A stretch of DNA of 41,665 nucleotides from an uncultured Clostridia bacterium (GCA_947628425.1 CANQZV010000003.1:1-41665); one strand, 5' to 3'. Counted from the first letter of the stretch, positions 20,037-31,438 are shown. The notes: a model not told the origin generated them from the letters alone. Made by a program: numbers and translations.

Positions 20037-20477
20037 ATGAGAATTTTAATTCAAAGAGTATCAAAGGCATCAGTAAAAGTTGAAGAAAAAGTAGTTGGAA
20101 ATATAAAAAAAGGATTATTAGTTTTTTTAGGTATAACACATGAAGATGAAAAGGAAGATGTAGATTATTTAGTTAAAAAACTATGCAATTTAAGAATATT
20201 TAAAGATGAAAATAATAAGATGAATTTATCTATAAAAAACATAGAAGGAGAACTATTAATTGTATCACAATTTACACTATATGCTGATAGTAGTTCAGGA
20301 AATAGACCTAATTTTATATTAGCTGCAAATGCAAATAAAGCAGAAAATTTATATGAATATTTTATAAAAAAGTGCAAACAAAATAATATTAATACTGAAA
20401 CTGGAATATTTGGAGCTTCTATGCAAGTAGAGTTAATAAATGATGGTCCTGTAACAATATTATTAGAAAGTAAATAA
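20037..20477 (+). CDS. dtd: D-aminoacyl-tRNA deacylase
   Basis: MRILIQRV, SQFTL, GNRP and NDGPVT motifs. Confidence 0.95.
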   Translation: MRILIQRVSKASVKVEEKVVGNIKKGLLVFLGITHEDEKEDVDYLVKKLCNLRIFKDENNKMNLSIKNIEGELLIVSQFTLYADSSSGNRPNFILAANANKAENLYEYFIKKCKQNNINTETGIFGASMQVELINDGPVTILLESK

Positions 20478-20580
20478 ATTTTATTAAAATAAAAATGTAA
20501 TAAATTTAAAAAAATAATACACAATTAATATAAAGTATGATAAAATAAAAAAAATTATAAGAATGGGAAAGGAAACAAAA

Positions 20581-21288
20581 ATGAGTAATATAAAATATAA
20601 AAGAGTGTTATTAAAGTTAAGTGGAGAAGCATTAGCTGGAGAAAATGGTACAGGAATTAATACACAAGTAGTTGGAAATATTTGTGACCAAGTAAAAGAA
20701 CTAATTAATTTAGATGTAGAGGTTTCAATTGTTGTTGGTGGTGGAAATTTTTGGAGAGGAATATATGGTCCTAATATGGAAAGAACAACATCAGATTATA
20801 TGGGAATGCTTGCCACTGCAATGAATGGATTAGCATTACAAGATGCATTGGAAAAAAGAGGAATATATACAAGACTTCAAACAGCAATTGAAATGAGAGA
20901 AATTGCAGAGCCTTATATTAAAAGAAAAGCATTAAAACATTTAAGTAAAAAAAGAGTTGTTATATTTGCATGTGGAACAGGAAACCCATATTTTACCACA
21001 GATACAGCCGCAGCATTAAGAGCAGCAGAAACAGAGGCAGATATTATCTTATTAGGAAAAACAATTGATGGTGTATATAGTGCAGATCCTAAAAAAGATA
21101 AAAATGCAAAAAAATTTGAAAAAATAACTTATTTAGATGTTTTAAATAAAGATTTAAAAGTTATGGATTCAACTGCAACGGCGCTTTGTAAAGATAATAA
21201 TATACCAATTATGGTTTTTGCAATTGCACAGCCAGAAAATATGGTAAAGGCTGTTAAAGGAGAAAATGTTGGTACTATTGTTAAGTAA
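20581..21288 (+). CDS. pyrH: UMP kinase
   Basis: [29 protein letters not shown] and VMDSTA motifs. Confidence 0.97.
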   Translation: MSNIKYKRVLLKLSGEALAGENGTGINTQVVGNICDQVKELINLDVEVSIVVGGGNFWRGIYGPNMERTTSDYMGMLATAMNGLALQDALEKRGIYTRLQTAIEMREIAEPYIKRKALKHLSKKRVVIFACGTGNPYFTTDTAAALRAAETEADIILLGKTIDGVYSADPKKDKNAKKFEKITYLDVLNKDLKVMDSTATALCKDNNIPIMVFAIAQPENMVKAVKGENVGTIVK

Positions 21289-21325
21289 ATATTAAAAAAA
21301 TTAAAATAAGAAAGGAAAATTTAAA

Positions 21326-21874
21326 ATGGATTTTAGTGAGTTAGAAAGTAAAATGAATAAAACAATATCAGTTCTTAAGGAAAATTTATCTGAGATAAGG
21401 GCAGGAAGAGCTAATCCTGCTATATTAAATAAAATAACAGTAGAATATTATGGAACACCTACACCTATTAATCAAGTTGCTGGAATTTCTGTACCTGAAG
21501 CGAGATTAATTGTTATTCAGCCTTGGGATGCAAGTATTTTAAAGGATATTGAAAAAGCGATTCTTGCATCTGATATAGGAATTAATCCAAATAATGATGG
21601 TAGAATAATAAGATTAGTATTTCCTGAATTAACAGAGGAAAGAAGAAAGGAACTAGTAAAAGACATTAAAAAAATGGCAGAAGAATCTAAAGTTTCTGTT
21701 CGTGCGATTAGAAGAGATGGTATAGATAAAGCAAAGATAATGCAAAAAAACTCAGAGATAACAGAAGATGACTTAAGAACTGCAGAAGAAACAATTCAAA
21801 AATTAACAGACAAAAAGATAGAAGAAATAGATAAAATTATAGAAGATAAAGAAAAAGAAATATTAACAGTATAG
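21326..21874 (+). CDS. frr: Ribosome recycling factor
   Basis: IRAGRANP and [11 protein letters not shown] motifs. Confidence 0.97.
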   Translation: MDFSELESKMNKTISVLKENLSEIRAGRANPAILNKITVEYYGTPTPINQVAGISVPEARLIVIQPWDASILKDIEKAILASDIGINPNNDGRIIRLVFPELTEERRKELVKDIKKMAEESKVSVRAIRRDGIDKAKIMQKNSEITEDDLRTAEETIQKLTDKKIEEIDKIIEDKEKEILTV

Positions 21875-22004
21875 TAAATAAATTGTAATTTATAAATCAT
21901 ATGTTTGAAGCTAGAAGTTGAAACTTAGGGTAATTTATATTGTACTATTTTCATACTTTTAATTTCTAATATATACATAAAAATAAATAAAAAGGAATGT
22001 AGAT

Positions 22005-22715
22005 ATGGAAAACAAAGTTAATTTACCAACACATATAGCTATTATTATGGATGGAAACAGAAGATGGGCAAGAAAAAATAATTTAGACGTTAGACTGGGA
22101 CATAAAAAGGGTGCAGAAACATTAGAAAATATTGTTAAATATTGCAATAAAATAGGTATAAAGTATTTAACAGTATATGCATTTTCAACAGAAAATTGGA
22201 AACGTAGTAAAGAAGAAGTGGGAGCATTAATGTTACTTTTACAAAATTATCTAGATGATTTTGCTAAAAAAGCAGACACAGAGAATATTAAAATTAATAT
22301 GATTGGAAGTAAAGATAATTTATCAAAAGGATTATTAAAAAGTATAGATAATGCAATTGAAAAAACAAAAAATAATACAGGAATTAATTTTAATGTGGCT
22401 TTTAATTATGGTGGAAGAGATGAAATTGTTTATGCTGTAAAATCAATAGCACAAAAAATTAAGGAAAATAAAATACAAATTCAAGACATAAATGAAGATT
22501 TAATATCAAGCAATTTATATACAAATAAAATACCTGATCCAGACCTAATGATTAGAACTAGTGGAGAGATTAGACTTAGTAATTTTTTACCATGGCAATT
22601 GGTATATTCTGAATTTTATTTTGTGGAAAAATTATGGCCAGATTTTACAAATGAAGATATTGATAAAGCAATAGAAGAGTATGAAAAAAGATGTAGAAAA
22701 TTCGGAGGAAAGTAG
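22005..22715 (+). CDS. uppS: Undecaprenyl diphosphate synthase
   Basis: HIAIIMDGNRRWA, YAFSTENWKR, NYGGR and RTSGEIRLSNFLPWQ motifs. Confidence 0.97.
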   Translation: MENKVNLPTHIAIIMDGNRRWARKNNLDVRLGHKKGAETLENIVKYCNKIGIKYLTVYAFSTENWKRSKEEVGALMLLLQNYLDDFAKKADTENIKINMIGSKDNLSKGLLKSIDNAIEKTKNNTGINFNVAFNYGGRDEIVYAVKSIAQKIKENKIQIQDINEDLISSNLYTNKIPDPDLMIRTSGEIRLSNFLPWQLVYSEFYFVEKLWPDFTNEDIDKAIEEYEKRCRKFGGK

Positions 22716-22728
22716 AAAGGTAAAAAAT

Positions 22729-23532
22729 ATGGATATTAAAAGAATTACTTCAGCTTTATTAGGATTACCAATGGTAATTGTAGTACTTTTATTAGGAAAT
22801 AAATATATAATTGATATAGCAATATCTGTTATTGCAATAATTGCTTTACATGAATATTTTAATGCTTTTAGCAAATACAAACCTGTAAAGTGGCTAGGAT
22901 ATTTAATAGCATTATCAATATGTTTTATACATATTTTTCCAACAGATATTTTATTTAAAATAATTAGTTTGAGTATACCAATTATAATTACTATTTTATT
23001 TATTCAATTAATAATAAAAGATTTGAAAATAAGTATTATTGATGTAGAAATAACATTTTTTGGTATAGTATACATAGTTTTATTTATTATGTTTATTCCA
23101 TTAATTGCAGGAAGTGAAAATGGAAAAATTCTAATATGGTATACACTTACTTCCGCATGGGGAACAGATATATTTGCATATTTAATTGGTCATAGATATG
23201 GAAAACATAAATTTAGCAAAATTAGTCCTAATAAATCTATAGAAGGATGTATAGCTGGAATATTAGGTTCAATATTATTAACAATATTATATACATATTG
23301 TATACAAAAATTTTTAAATATTTATATTATTTCATATAATTATGCAATATTTATGTCTATAGTTTTAAGTATAATAGGTCAATTTGGAGACTTTGCTGCA
23401 TCTAGTATAAAAAGGTTTGTTGAGATTAAAGATTTTAGTAATTTAATTCCAGGACATGGAGGATTATTAGATAGAATTGATAGTTTAATATTTATTGCAC
23501 CGTTTGCATATTTATTATTAATAATACTTTAA
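22729..23532 (+). CDS. cdsA: Phosphatidate cytidylyltransferase
   Basis: SPNKSIEG, GDFAASSIKR and IPGHGGLLDRIDS motifs; start at ATG 22729. Confidence 0.95.
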   Translation: MDIKRITSALLGLPMVIVVLLLGNKYIIDIAISVIAIIALHEYFNAFSKYKPVKWLGYLIALSICFIHIFPTDILFKIISLSIPIIITILFIQLIIKDLKISIIDVEITFFGIVYIVLFIMFIPLIAGSENGKILIWYTLTSAWGTDIFAYLIGHRYGKHKFSKISPNKSIEGCIAGILGSILLTILYTYCIQKFLNIYIISYNYAIFMSIVLSIIGQFGDFAASSIKRFVEIKDFSNLIPGHGGLLDRIDSLIFIAPFAYLLLIIL

Positions 23533-23551
23533 AATTAATGGAGGAAAATAA

Positions 23552-24817
23552 TTGCTTAGTATTTTAATAAATGCGTTAAAGATAATATTTTTATTAGGTT
23601 TTTTAGTTTTTATTCATGAAGGTGGGCATTTTTGTATAGCAAAACTTTGCAAAGTTCGTGTAAATGAATTCGCAATAGGTTTTGGACCAACATTATTTAG
23701 TAAAATTAAAGGAGATACAAAGTATGCTCTTCACCTTATTCCATTTGGAGGTTTTGTAAGTTTAGAAGGTGAAGAAGAACACTCAGATATAGATGGTTCT
23801 TTTAGTAATGTTAGCATTCCTAAAAAAATTGCAATTGTATTAGCAGGAGGAACCGTAAATATTGTATTTGGACTAATGGTTTATTTTATTTTACTTACAT
23901 CTTCAGGAAATTTTTCAACAAATATTGTAGATTATGCAATTGATGGTTATTCAGCGAAAACTGCTGGAATTATTTCTGGAGATAAAATAGTAGAAATTAA
24001 TAATAAAAAAGTAAGAAATAACACAGATATAAATAAATATTTAAACAATTACAGTCCTGAAACAGAATTAACATTAAAAGTGAAAAGAAATAATGAAATA
24101 ATAGAAACTAATGTAAAACCAGTTAATATAGTGTCAAAAGATATAGGAATTTATTTTACTAATACAAAAGATTTACTACCTAAAATAGCAGTAATAGAAA
24201 ATAATTCTCCAGCACAAATTGCAGGAATAAAAGAAAATGATATAATAATTAGTGTAAATAATAATTCAGTAGAAAATGATTTATACAAAGCAATTAATTT
24301 AATACAAAATTCAACAACAGAAACGATTAATTTATCAATAGAAAGAAATGGAGAAATACTGGAATTTAATGTTGTACCTAAAATGATTAATAATTATTAT
24401 TTGGGAGTTGTTTTTCAAACTTCAGGTAATAACTTATTTAGTAACTTATATTATGCTATGCTTGATACAGAAGATTTTATAACATCTATATTTTCAAATT
24501 TAAAAGAATTATTCACTGGAAAAGTTAATGCTAATCAAATGGTTGGAATTGTTGGTATATCTGATATTGTAGTTAATACATCTGGTATATATGAATATAT
24601 ATATATTATTGCTTTAATATCTTTATCATTAGGTATTACAAATTTATTACCATTTCCACCTTTGGACGGAGGAAAAGTAGTTATTTATTTAATAGAGGCA
24701 ATTAGAAAAAAACCAATGAAAGAAAATTTTGAAATACAACTACAAATGATTGGATTTGCATTTTTAATTATTTTATCAATTTATGTAACATATAATGATA
24801 TTTTAAGAATTATTTAA
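23552..24817 (+). CDS. rseP: Site-2 (M50) intramembrane metalloprotease with two PDZ domains
   Basis: HEGGH, FAIGFGP and NLLPFPPLDGG motifs. Confidence 0.92.
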   Translation: MLSILINALKIIFLLGFLVFIHEGGHFCIAKLCKVRVNEFAIGFGPTLFSKIKGDTKYALHLIPFGGFVSLEGEEEHSDIDGSFSNVSIPKKIAIVLAGGTVNIVFGLMVYFILLTSSGNFSTNIVDYAIDGYSAKTAGIISGDKIVEINNKKVRNNTDINKYLNNYSPETELTLKVKRNNEIIETNVKPVNIVSKDIGIYFTNTKDLLPKIAVIENNSPAQIAGIKENDIIISVNNNSVENDLYKAINLIQNSTTETINLSIERNGEILEFNVVPKMINNYYLGVVFQTSGNNLFSNLYYAMLDTEDFITSIFSNLKELFTGKVNANQMVGIVGISDIVVNTSGIYEYIYIIALISLSLGITNLLPFPPLDGGKVVIYLIEAIRKKPMKENFEIQLQMIGFAFLIILSIYVTYNDILRII

Positions 24818-24853
24818 TTAATTGTTTATTTAAAATAAGAATTGGAGTAGAAA

Positions 24854-27800
24854 ATGTCTGAAGAATTAAAAACAGTAAAAGAAGTATTTCCAGATATAAA
24901 GATAGAAGATACTTTATTGGATGCAAAAATAAAAAGTGTTAATTTTTATAGGAAGAACAATAAATTTATTTTAAAATTATTAACAAAAAGTGTTCTAAAT
25001 TTAAAATCTATTTATCAATTTGAAAATTATTTAAAGAATAGATTTGAAGTAAGAGATGTTGAAATTTCAATAGAAAATATTGAAAAAATTAATTTAGAAC
25101 ACGAATGGAAAAACATTATAAATTATTTAAATACAAAATATCCATTAACAAAAACGATTTTAACTAATAGTAATGTTAGTTTTGATAGTAATAAAATAAA
25201 TATTACTGTAGCAATGAAAGGAAAAGACTTTTTAACTGCTAGTGGTTTTGAAAATATACTAGAAAAAATTATAAAAAATTTTTATCAACAAGACATTAAA
25301 GTTCAATGCACTGAAAATATAGACGTAGAATTATTAAAAAAGTATGAGGAGAACACAAAAAAGATAGAAAAAATGGCAATCGAATTTGCTGAGCAAGAAA
25401 TTAGTGTAAAAGAAAATAATTTAGAAGAAAATAAGAAGAAACTAAAACAGAAAGAATCATTTAATAAAACAGAAAACAACAATGTACAGAATATTGTAAA
25501 TAATGAAAACATTATAGAAGAAAAAGAAAAAACACCTTTAATTATAGGACATTCTCTTAATATAAAAGAAAATATAATAAAAATAGAAGATATAGGTGTG
25601 GATAGTGGAAAAATAGCAATAGATGGTGAAATTATTAATATAGATTCTAGGGAATTAAAAAGTGGAAAATTTCTTGTTATGTTTGATGTTTATGATGGTA
25701 CAAGCACAATTACATGTAAGGCATTTGTAACTCCAGAAAAAGTAAAAGATGTATTGTCAAGACTAAAAAATGCAAATGGAGTAAAGTTAGAAGGTACAGC
25801 ACAATTTGACCCATTTGCAAAAGAAATAGGTGTTATTGCAAATATTGTAATTGAAACTTCTGGAAGAAAAAAAGAAAAACGAATAGATACTGCCGAAGAA
25901 AAAAGAGTAGAACTACATATGCATACTCAAATGAGTCAAATGGATGGTATAACGCCTGTAAAAGATTTAATAAAAAGAGCTATGAGTTGGGGAATGAAAT
26001 CGATTGCTATTACTGATCATGGAGTTGTACAAGCATTTCCGGATGCTCACAAATTACTTGGTAGAAATAATAATGATATAAAAATTATTTATGGTGTAGA
26101 GGCATATCTTGTACCAGACAAAACACCATCAGTAACAAATCCAAATGGTCAAAATATAGATACAACATATTGTGTACTAGATTTAGAAACAACAGGATTA
26201 TCATTTAGAACAGAAAAAATAACTGAAGTAGGAATTATGAAAATAAAAAATGGAGAAATTATTGATAGTTTTGAAACATTTGTTAACCCTGAAAAGCCTA
26301 TTCCATATAAAGTTGTTGAAGTTACTAAAATCACAGATGATATGGTAAAAGATGCTCCTAAAATAGAAGAAGTATTTCCTAAAATATTAGAATTTATAAA
26401 AGATAGTGTTTTAGTGGCACATAATGCAGACTTTGATATTGGATTTCTAAAACATAATGCACAAGAATTAGGTTATGAATTTAATTATACATATATAGAT
26501 ACATTAAGGTTAGCCAAAGATTTATTTCCTGAATATAAAAAATATAAATTAGGATTAATAGCTGAAAATTTAGGAATAAAAGTAGAAGTAGCACACCGTG
26601 CATTGGATGATGTAGATACAACTGTAAAAGTATTTAAAATAATGATTAATATGCTTAAAGAAAAAGGTGCCAGAACAGTAAATGATATAGATAAGGTGGC
26701 AGCAGACAAAAACTCTGAAAAAGATGCATATAAAAAATTGCCATCATACCATGCCATTATTCTTGCAAAAAATTATGTAGGTCTTAAAAACCTATATAAA
26801 TTAGTTTCAATTTCACATCTTCATTATTTTTATAAAAAACCAAGAATTTTAAAAAGTATTTATAAAAAATATTCAGAAGGACTAATGTTAGGTAGTGCGT
26901 GTGAACAGGGAGAATTATATAGAGCAATTGTTGCAGGAAAAGATGAGGAAGAAATAGAAAATATTGCAAGAGACTATGATTATTTAGAAATTCAACCATT
27001 AGGAAATAATGAATTCATGGTAAGGAATGGAACTGTTGCAGATATAGAAGCACTAAAAGATATTAATAGAAAAATAGTTTCTTTAGGAGAAAAATTAAAC
27101 AAATTAGTTGTTGCAACATGTGATGTTCATTTTATGGATCCACAAGATGAAATATATAGAAGAATTTTACAAGCTGGACAGGGATATGACGATGCAGATG
27201 AACAAGCTCCGTTATATTTAAGAACAACAAATGAGATGCTAAAAGAATTTGAGTATTTGGGTATGGATAAAGCTTATGAAGTTGTAGTTACAAATACAAA
27301 TAAAATAGCTGATATGTGTGAAAAAATTTGTCCTATTTCCCCTGAAAAATGCCCTCCTCATATACCAGGCTGTGAAGAAACAATTAAGGAAATAGCTTAT
27401 AATAAAGCACATGAATTATATGGTGAAAAATTACCTAAAATTGTAGAAGATAGATTAGAGAAAGAATTAAATTCTATTATAAAAAATGGATTTTCAGTTA
27501 TGTATATTATTGCTCAAAAATTGGTTTGGAAATCGAATGAAGATGGGTATATTGTTGGTTCTAGAGGTTCTGTAGGCTCATCTTTTGTGGCAAATATGAC
27601 CGGTATTACAGAAGTTAATTCACTTCCACCTCATTATAGATGCCCAAACTGTAAGTATTCTGATTTTACAGATTATGGTTATAAAAACGGATTTGATCTT
27701 CCAGATAAAGAATGTCCGAAATGCGGACATAAATTAGACAAAGATGGAATGGATATTCCATTTGAAACCTTTTTAGGTTTTGATGGGGATAAGGAGCCAG

Positions 27801-29238
27801 ATATTGATTTAAACTTCTCAGGAGAATACCAGGCAAAAGCACATAAATATACTGAAGTTATTTTTGGGAAAGGAACTACATTTAAAGCTGGAACAGTAGG
27901 TACAATAGCAGATAAAACTGCATTTGGATATGTTAAAAAATACTATGAAGACAGACAAATTCCTATTAATACAGCAGAAGTATCAAGAATTTCAAAAGGA
28001 TGTACGGGAATAAAAAGAACAACAGGTCAGCATCCTGGTGGAATTATTGTTGTACCAAAAGGAAGAGAAATTTATGAATTTACTCCTGTACAGCATCCTG
28101 CAGATGACCCTAATTCTGATATAATTACAACACATTTTGACTATCACTCAATTGATCAAAATTTATTAAAGTTAGACATACTTGGTCATGATGATCCAAC
28201 TATGATTAGAATGCTTTATGATATTACAGAAATTGATCCGACAAAAGTGCCTTTAGATGATAAAGAAACAATGTCTATTTTTAGTTCAACAGAAGCATTA
28301 GGTGTAACTCCAGAACAAATTCATTCAGAAGTAGGAAGTTTTGGAATTCCAGAATTTGGAACAAAATTTGTAAGACGGAATGCTTGTAGATACAAAACCA
28401 ACCACTTTTGAAGAGTTATTAAGGATATCAGGTTTATCACACGGTACAGATGTATGGTTAAATAATGCACAAAGCCTAATAAATGATGGAACTATTACAT
28501 TACAAGAAGCAATTTGTACAAGAGATGATATAATGTTATATTTAATAAAGCAAGGAGTTCCAGCAAAACCGGCATTTAAAATAATGGAAACAGTTCGTAA
28601 AGGAAAAGCATTAAAGGATCCAGAACAATGGGCAGAATATAAAAAAATAATGCAGGAGAATAATGTTCCTGATTGGTATATAAAATCATGTGAAAAAATT
28701 AAATATATGTTTCCTAAAGCACATGCTGCGGCATATGTAACAAATGCATTTAGGATTGCTTGGTTTAAAGTACATAAACCAGAGGCATATTATACTGCGT
28801 ATTTTACAATAAGAGCAGATGAGTTTGATAGTGAATGTATGATTTATGGGAAAGAAAAAGTAAAAAATAAAATGAAAGAATTAGAATTACAAGGTAATAG
28901 CATATCAGCAAAAGATAAAAATGTTTATTCAATTTTGGAATTAGTTTTAGAAATGTATGAAAGAAAAATAAATTTTTTACCGATAGATTTATATAAATCT
29001 CACGCTACAAAATTTATACTTGAAGATAAAGGAATAAGGCCACCATTAAATAGTATACCTGGTCTTGGAACAATAGCTGCACAAAGTATTGATGACGCAA
29101 AGAAAGAGCGGAGAGTTTATGTGTATAGATGAATTGCAGCAAAGGGCAAAAATTGGAAAATCTGTTACAGAGCTTCTTAGAAAATTTGGATGTTTAGATG
29201 GTATGACACAAAGTAATCAAATGAGTCTTTTTGCATAA
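24854..29238 (+). CDS. polC: PolC-type DNA polymerase III alpha, encoded in three frames joined by two +1 shifts at CGGA (28376 and 29109); about 1460 aa joined
   Basis: PHP (ELHMHT, AITDHG), exonuclease (DLETTG), SRGSVGSS and PDIDLNFSG in segment 1; [10 protein letters not shown] and YMFPKAHAAAY in segment 2; segment 3 (29110-29238) is GEFMCIDELQQRAKIGKS...GCLDGMTQSNQMSLFA*, the canonical PolC tail with the clamp-binding motif. Confidence 0.93.
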
Positions 29239-29267
29239 AGTAAATTATATAATATAGGTGAGAATAA

Positions 29268-30707
29268 ATGAAAAAAATAATTAAAGTAATAAGTGTATTT
29301 ATATTAATTTTTACATTTTTACCAATATATGTAGTAAATGCAACAAATTTAAAAGAACAGAATAACCAAGACGAACAAGAAAAAAATGAAACAACACCAT
29401 ATAGTTACTTAGAATATAATAAAAGTGAAAGATTATTTCAAAATCCTAATAATTATTATCAAATTCAAAACAATAAAATAAAAATTAGTGGTGGAGACTA
29501 TGTATTAACAACATCATCTATTGGATTAAAGGTATGTAAAGTTAATCAAAAATTATTAGGAACTACGTCTGGATATTATAGCAATAAGACTAAAAAAGCG
29601 GTAAAGAAATTTCAGAAAAAGAAAAAATTAAAACAAACAGGAAAAGTTGATTATAAAACATGGAAAAAATTAGGATTTTCAAAAAATGATTGGAAATATT
29701 TAAGTACATATGTAACTCCTTTAAAAATTGAAAAATCAAGTACAAAATCAGAATTAATACAAGCAATGCTAGATACTGCATATGAATATAAAAATGCTAA
29801 AACGAAATATTTAGTAGGATGTTCTGGAAAGCCGGGTACATACGTTGATTGCAGTGGCTTAATTTTTCAATGTTTATATTCTGCTGGTATTAAACCAAAG
29901 TTAACTATAGTAGATCATTGTAAATTAAAATATGAATATACGTCAAACTATTTTTCAAAAGATAATAAATTAGGTAGAGTTATAACAAAAAAATCTATAA
30001 AAAAAGGAAAAGAAACACTAAAAAAAGGAGATTTAATCTTTTATGGTAATCCAGTAAATCATGTTGGTATTTATGTTGGTGGTGGTAAAGTAATAGACTC
30101 AACGCCTCAAAATGGGGGAGTAAAAAAGAGAACATTAACTAATAATTATACAATGGTAATAAGAGTTTTTGAAACAGAAGCAGAAGAATTATCAAATAGT
30201 GATAAAGTAAAAGTTAAAATAAACACTACTAATAAAACTTATACCGGTAAAGAAATAAAACCACAGGTTATTGTTACATATAGGAATACTAAATTAAATG
30301 AAAATATTGATTATAAATTAATATATAGTAATAATATAAAAACAGGAAAAGCAACTATAAAAATTGAAGGAATTGGAAACATAGTTGGAACAATTAAAGA
30401 TTATTTTTATATTGTACCCAAAATTACAGATATAAGTTATTTAAAAAATAGTTCAAAAGGAAAAGTAAAAATAAAGTGGAAAAAAGATTCTATGGTAAGT
30501 GGTTATGAAATTTATATGTCTACAAATAAAAATAGTGGATATAAAAAAATAAAATCTATAACATCATATAAAACAACAAACTATATAAAAACAAAGTTAA
30601 AGAAGAAAAAAACATATTATTTTAAAATAAGAACATATAAAAAAGTTGGAAATAAAAAAATATACAGTTCATATAGCAGTATAAAATCTATTAAAATAAA
30701 AAAATAG
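29268..30707 (+). CDS. Secreted NlpC/P60 peptidoglycan endopeptidase with PG-binding and Ig/FN3-like domains
   Basis: Signal peptide; TKKAVKKFQ..KLKQTGKVD..TW (PG_binding_1-like); DCSG, GDLIFY and HVGIY; C-terminal FN3-like W..SGYEIY...TYYFKIR. Confidence 0.85.
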   Translation: MKKIIKVISVFILIFTFLPIYVVNATNLKEQNNQDEQEKNETTPYSYLEYNKSERLFQNPNNYYQIQNNKIKISGGDYVLTTSSIGLKVCKVNQKLLGTTSGYYSNKTKKAVKKFQKKKKLKQTGKVDYKTWKKLGFSKNDWKYLSTYVTPLKIEKSSTKSELIQAMLDTAYEYKNAKTKYLVGCSGKPGTYVDCSGLIFQCLYSAGIKPKLTIVDHCKLKYEYTSNYFSKDNKLGRVITKKSIKKGKETLKKGDLIFYGNPVNHVGIYVGGGKVIDSTPQNGGVKKRTLTNNYTMVIRVFETEAEELSNSDKVKVKINTTNKTYTGKEIKPQVIVTYRNTKLNENIDYKLIYSNNIKTGKATIKIEGIGNIVGTIKDYFYIVPKITDISYLKNSSKGKVKIKWKKDSMVSGYEIYMSTNKNSGYKKIKSITSYKTTNYIKTKLKKKKTYYFKIRTYKKVGNKKIYSSYSSIKSIKIKK

Positions 30708-30716
30708 TATAATAAT

Positions 30717-30773
30717 TAAAAGACAGCATATATAAATTATTCACCTAAAATAATTTATATATGCTGTCTTTTA
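30717..30773. terminator. Bidirectional terminator
   Basis: Perfect 25-bp inverted repeat TAAAAGACAGCATATATAAATTATT / AATAATTTATATATGCTGTCTTTTA. Confidence 0.85.
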
Positions 30774-30790
30774 TATTTAAAAAATAGGAT

Positions 30791-31303
30791 TTAATCTTCT
30801 GCTACTTTATTATTAGAATTCATTTTATCTTCTAAAATAGATATTCTAATATCATGATTAAATATTTTTGAATCTAAGTCTTGTATAGAAAAATCATAAA
30901 CTTCATGTTTGTCTTTATTAATTATCCAAGAATCAAATAGAGTTCTAATTTTCTCATCAAAGTCGTGTTCTAATTTTGTTAAAGTATTTTTATTATAAAT
31001 TACAATTTCCTGAGTATCTTTTAATTCCATAGTTAAATTATTTAGTTTTCTTTCTAATTTACATTGATTTATTTTTAATTCTGAAAGAGTAGTAGAATTT
31101 TCAAGAACTTGTGATTCTAAATTAGTAATTTTATTAAAAATATCTTTTTGATTATTTTCGATTTTATCAAGTCTATCATTAATAATTAATTGATTATTTT
31201 CAACTTTGTCGAATCTTTCATTAGTTATATTTTGATAATTTTCAAGCTTGTTATTTAACAAATCTAATTTTTCTAATACAAGTTTTTCAAAATTTTCAGA
31301 CAT
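30791..31303 (-). CDS. Hypothetical coiled-coil protein
   Basis: 170 aa with heptad periodicity, including near-duplicated RFDKVENNQ / RLDKIENNQ; SD AGGAGGTG. Confidence 0.7.
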   Translation of the reverse strand: MSENFEKLVLEKLDLLNNKLENYQNITNERFDKVENNQLIINDRLDKIENNQKDIFNKITNLESQVLENSTTLSELKINQCKLERKLNNLTMELKDTQEIVIYNKNTLTKLEHDFDEKIRTLFDSWIINKDKHEVYDFSIQDLDSKIFNHDIRISILEDKMNSNNKVAED

Positions 31304-31438
31304 ATTTTCACCTCCTTTTTTTATTGTAAAAGTATTATAACATAGTTGCCAAAAAAGTCAACAATAAAATATAAAATAAATTAAAAATATTGAAAAAAAT
31401 AATAAAAGATATAAAATAAGCATAAAGGAGAAAATATT

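Noticed and set aside
24854-29238. polC as an ordinary pseudogene, or as intein/intron-interrupted
   Set aside because: All motifs are intact, there are no other lesions and no intervening sequence; both breaks are the same single-base C-before-GGA pattern.
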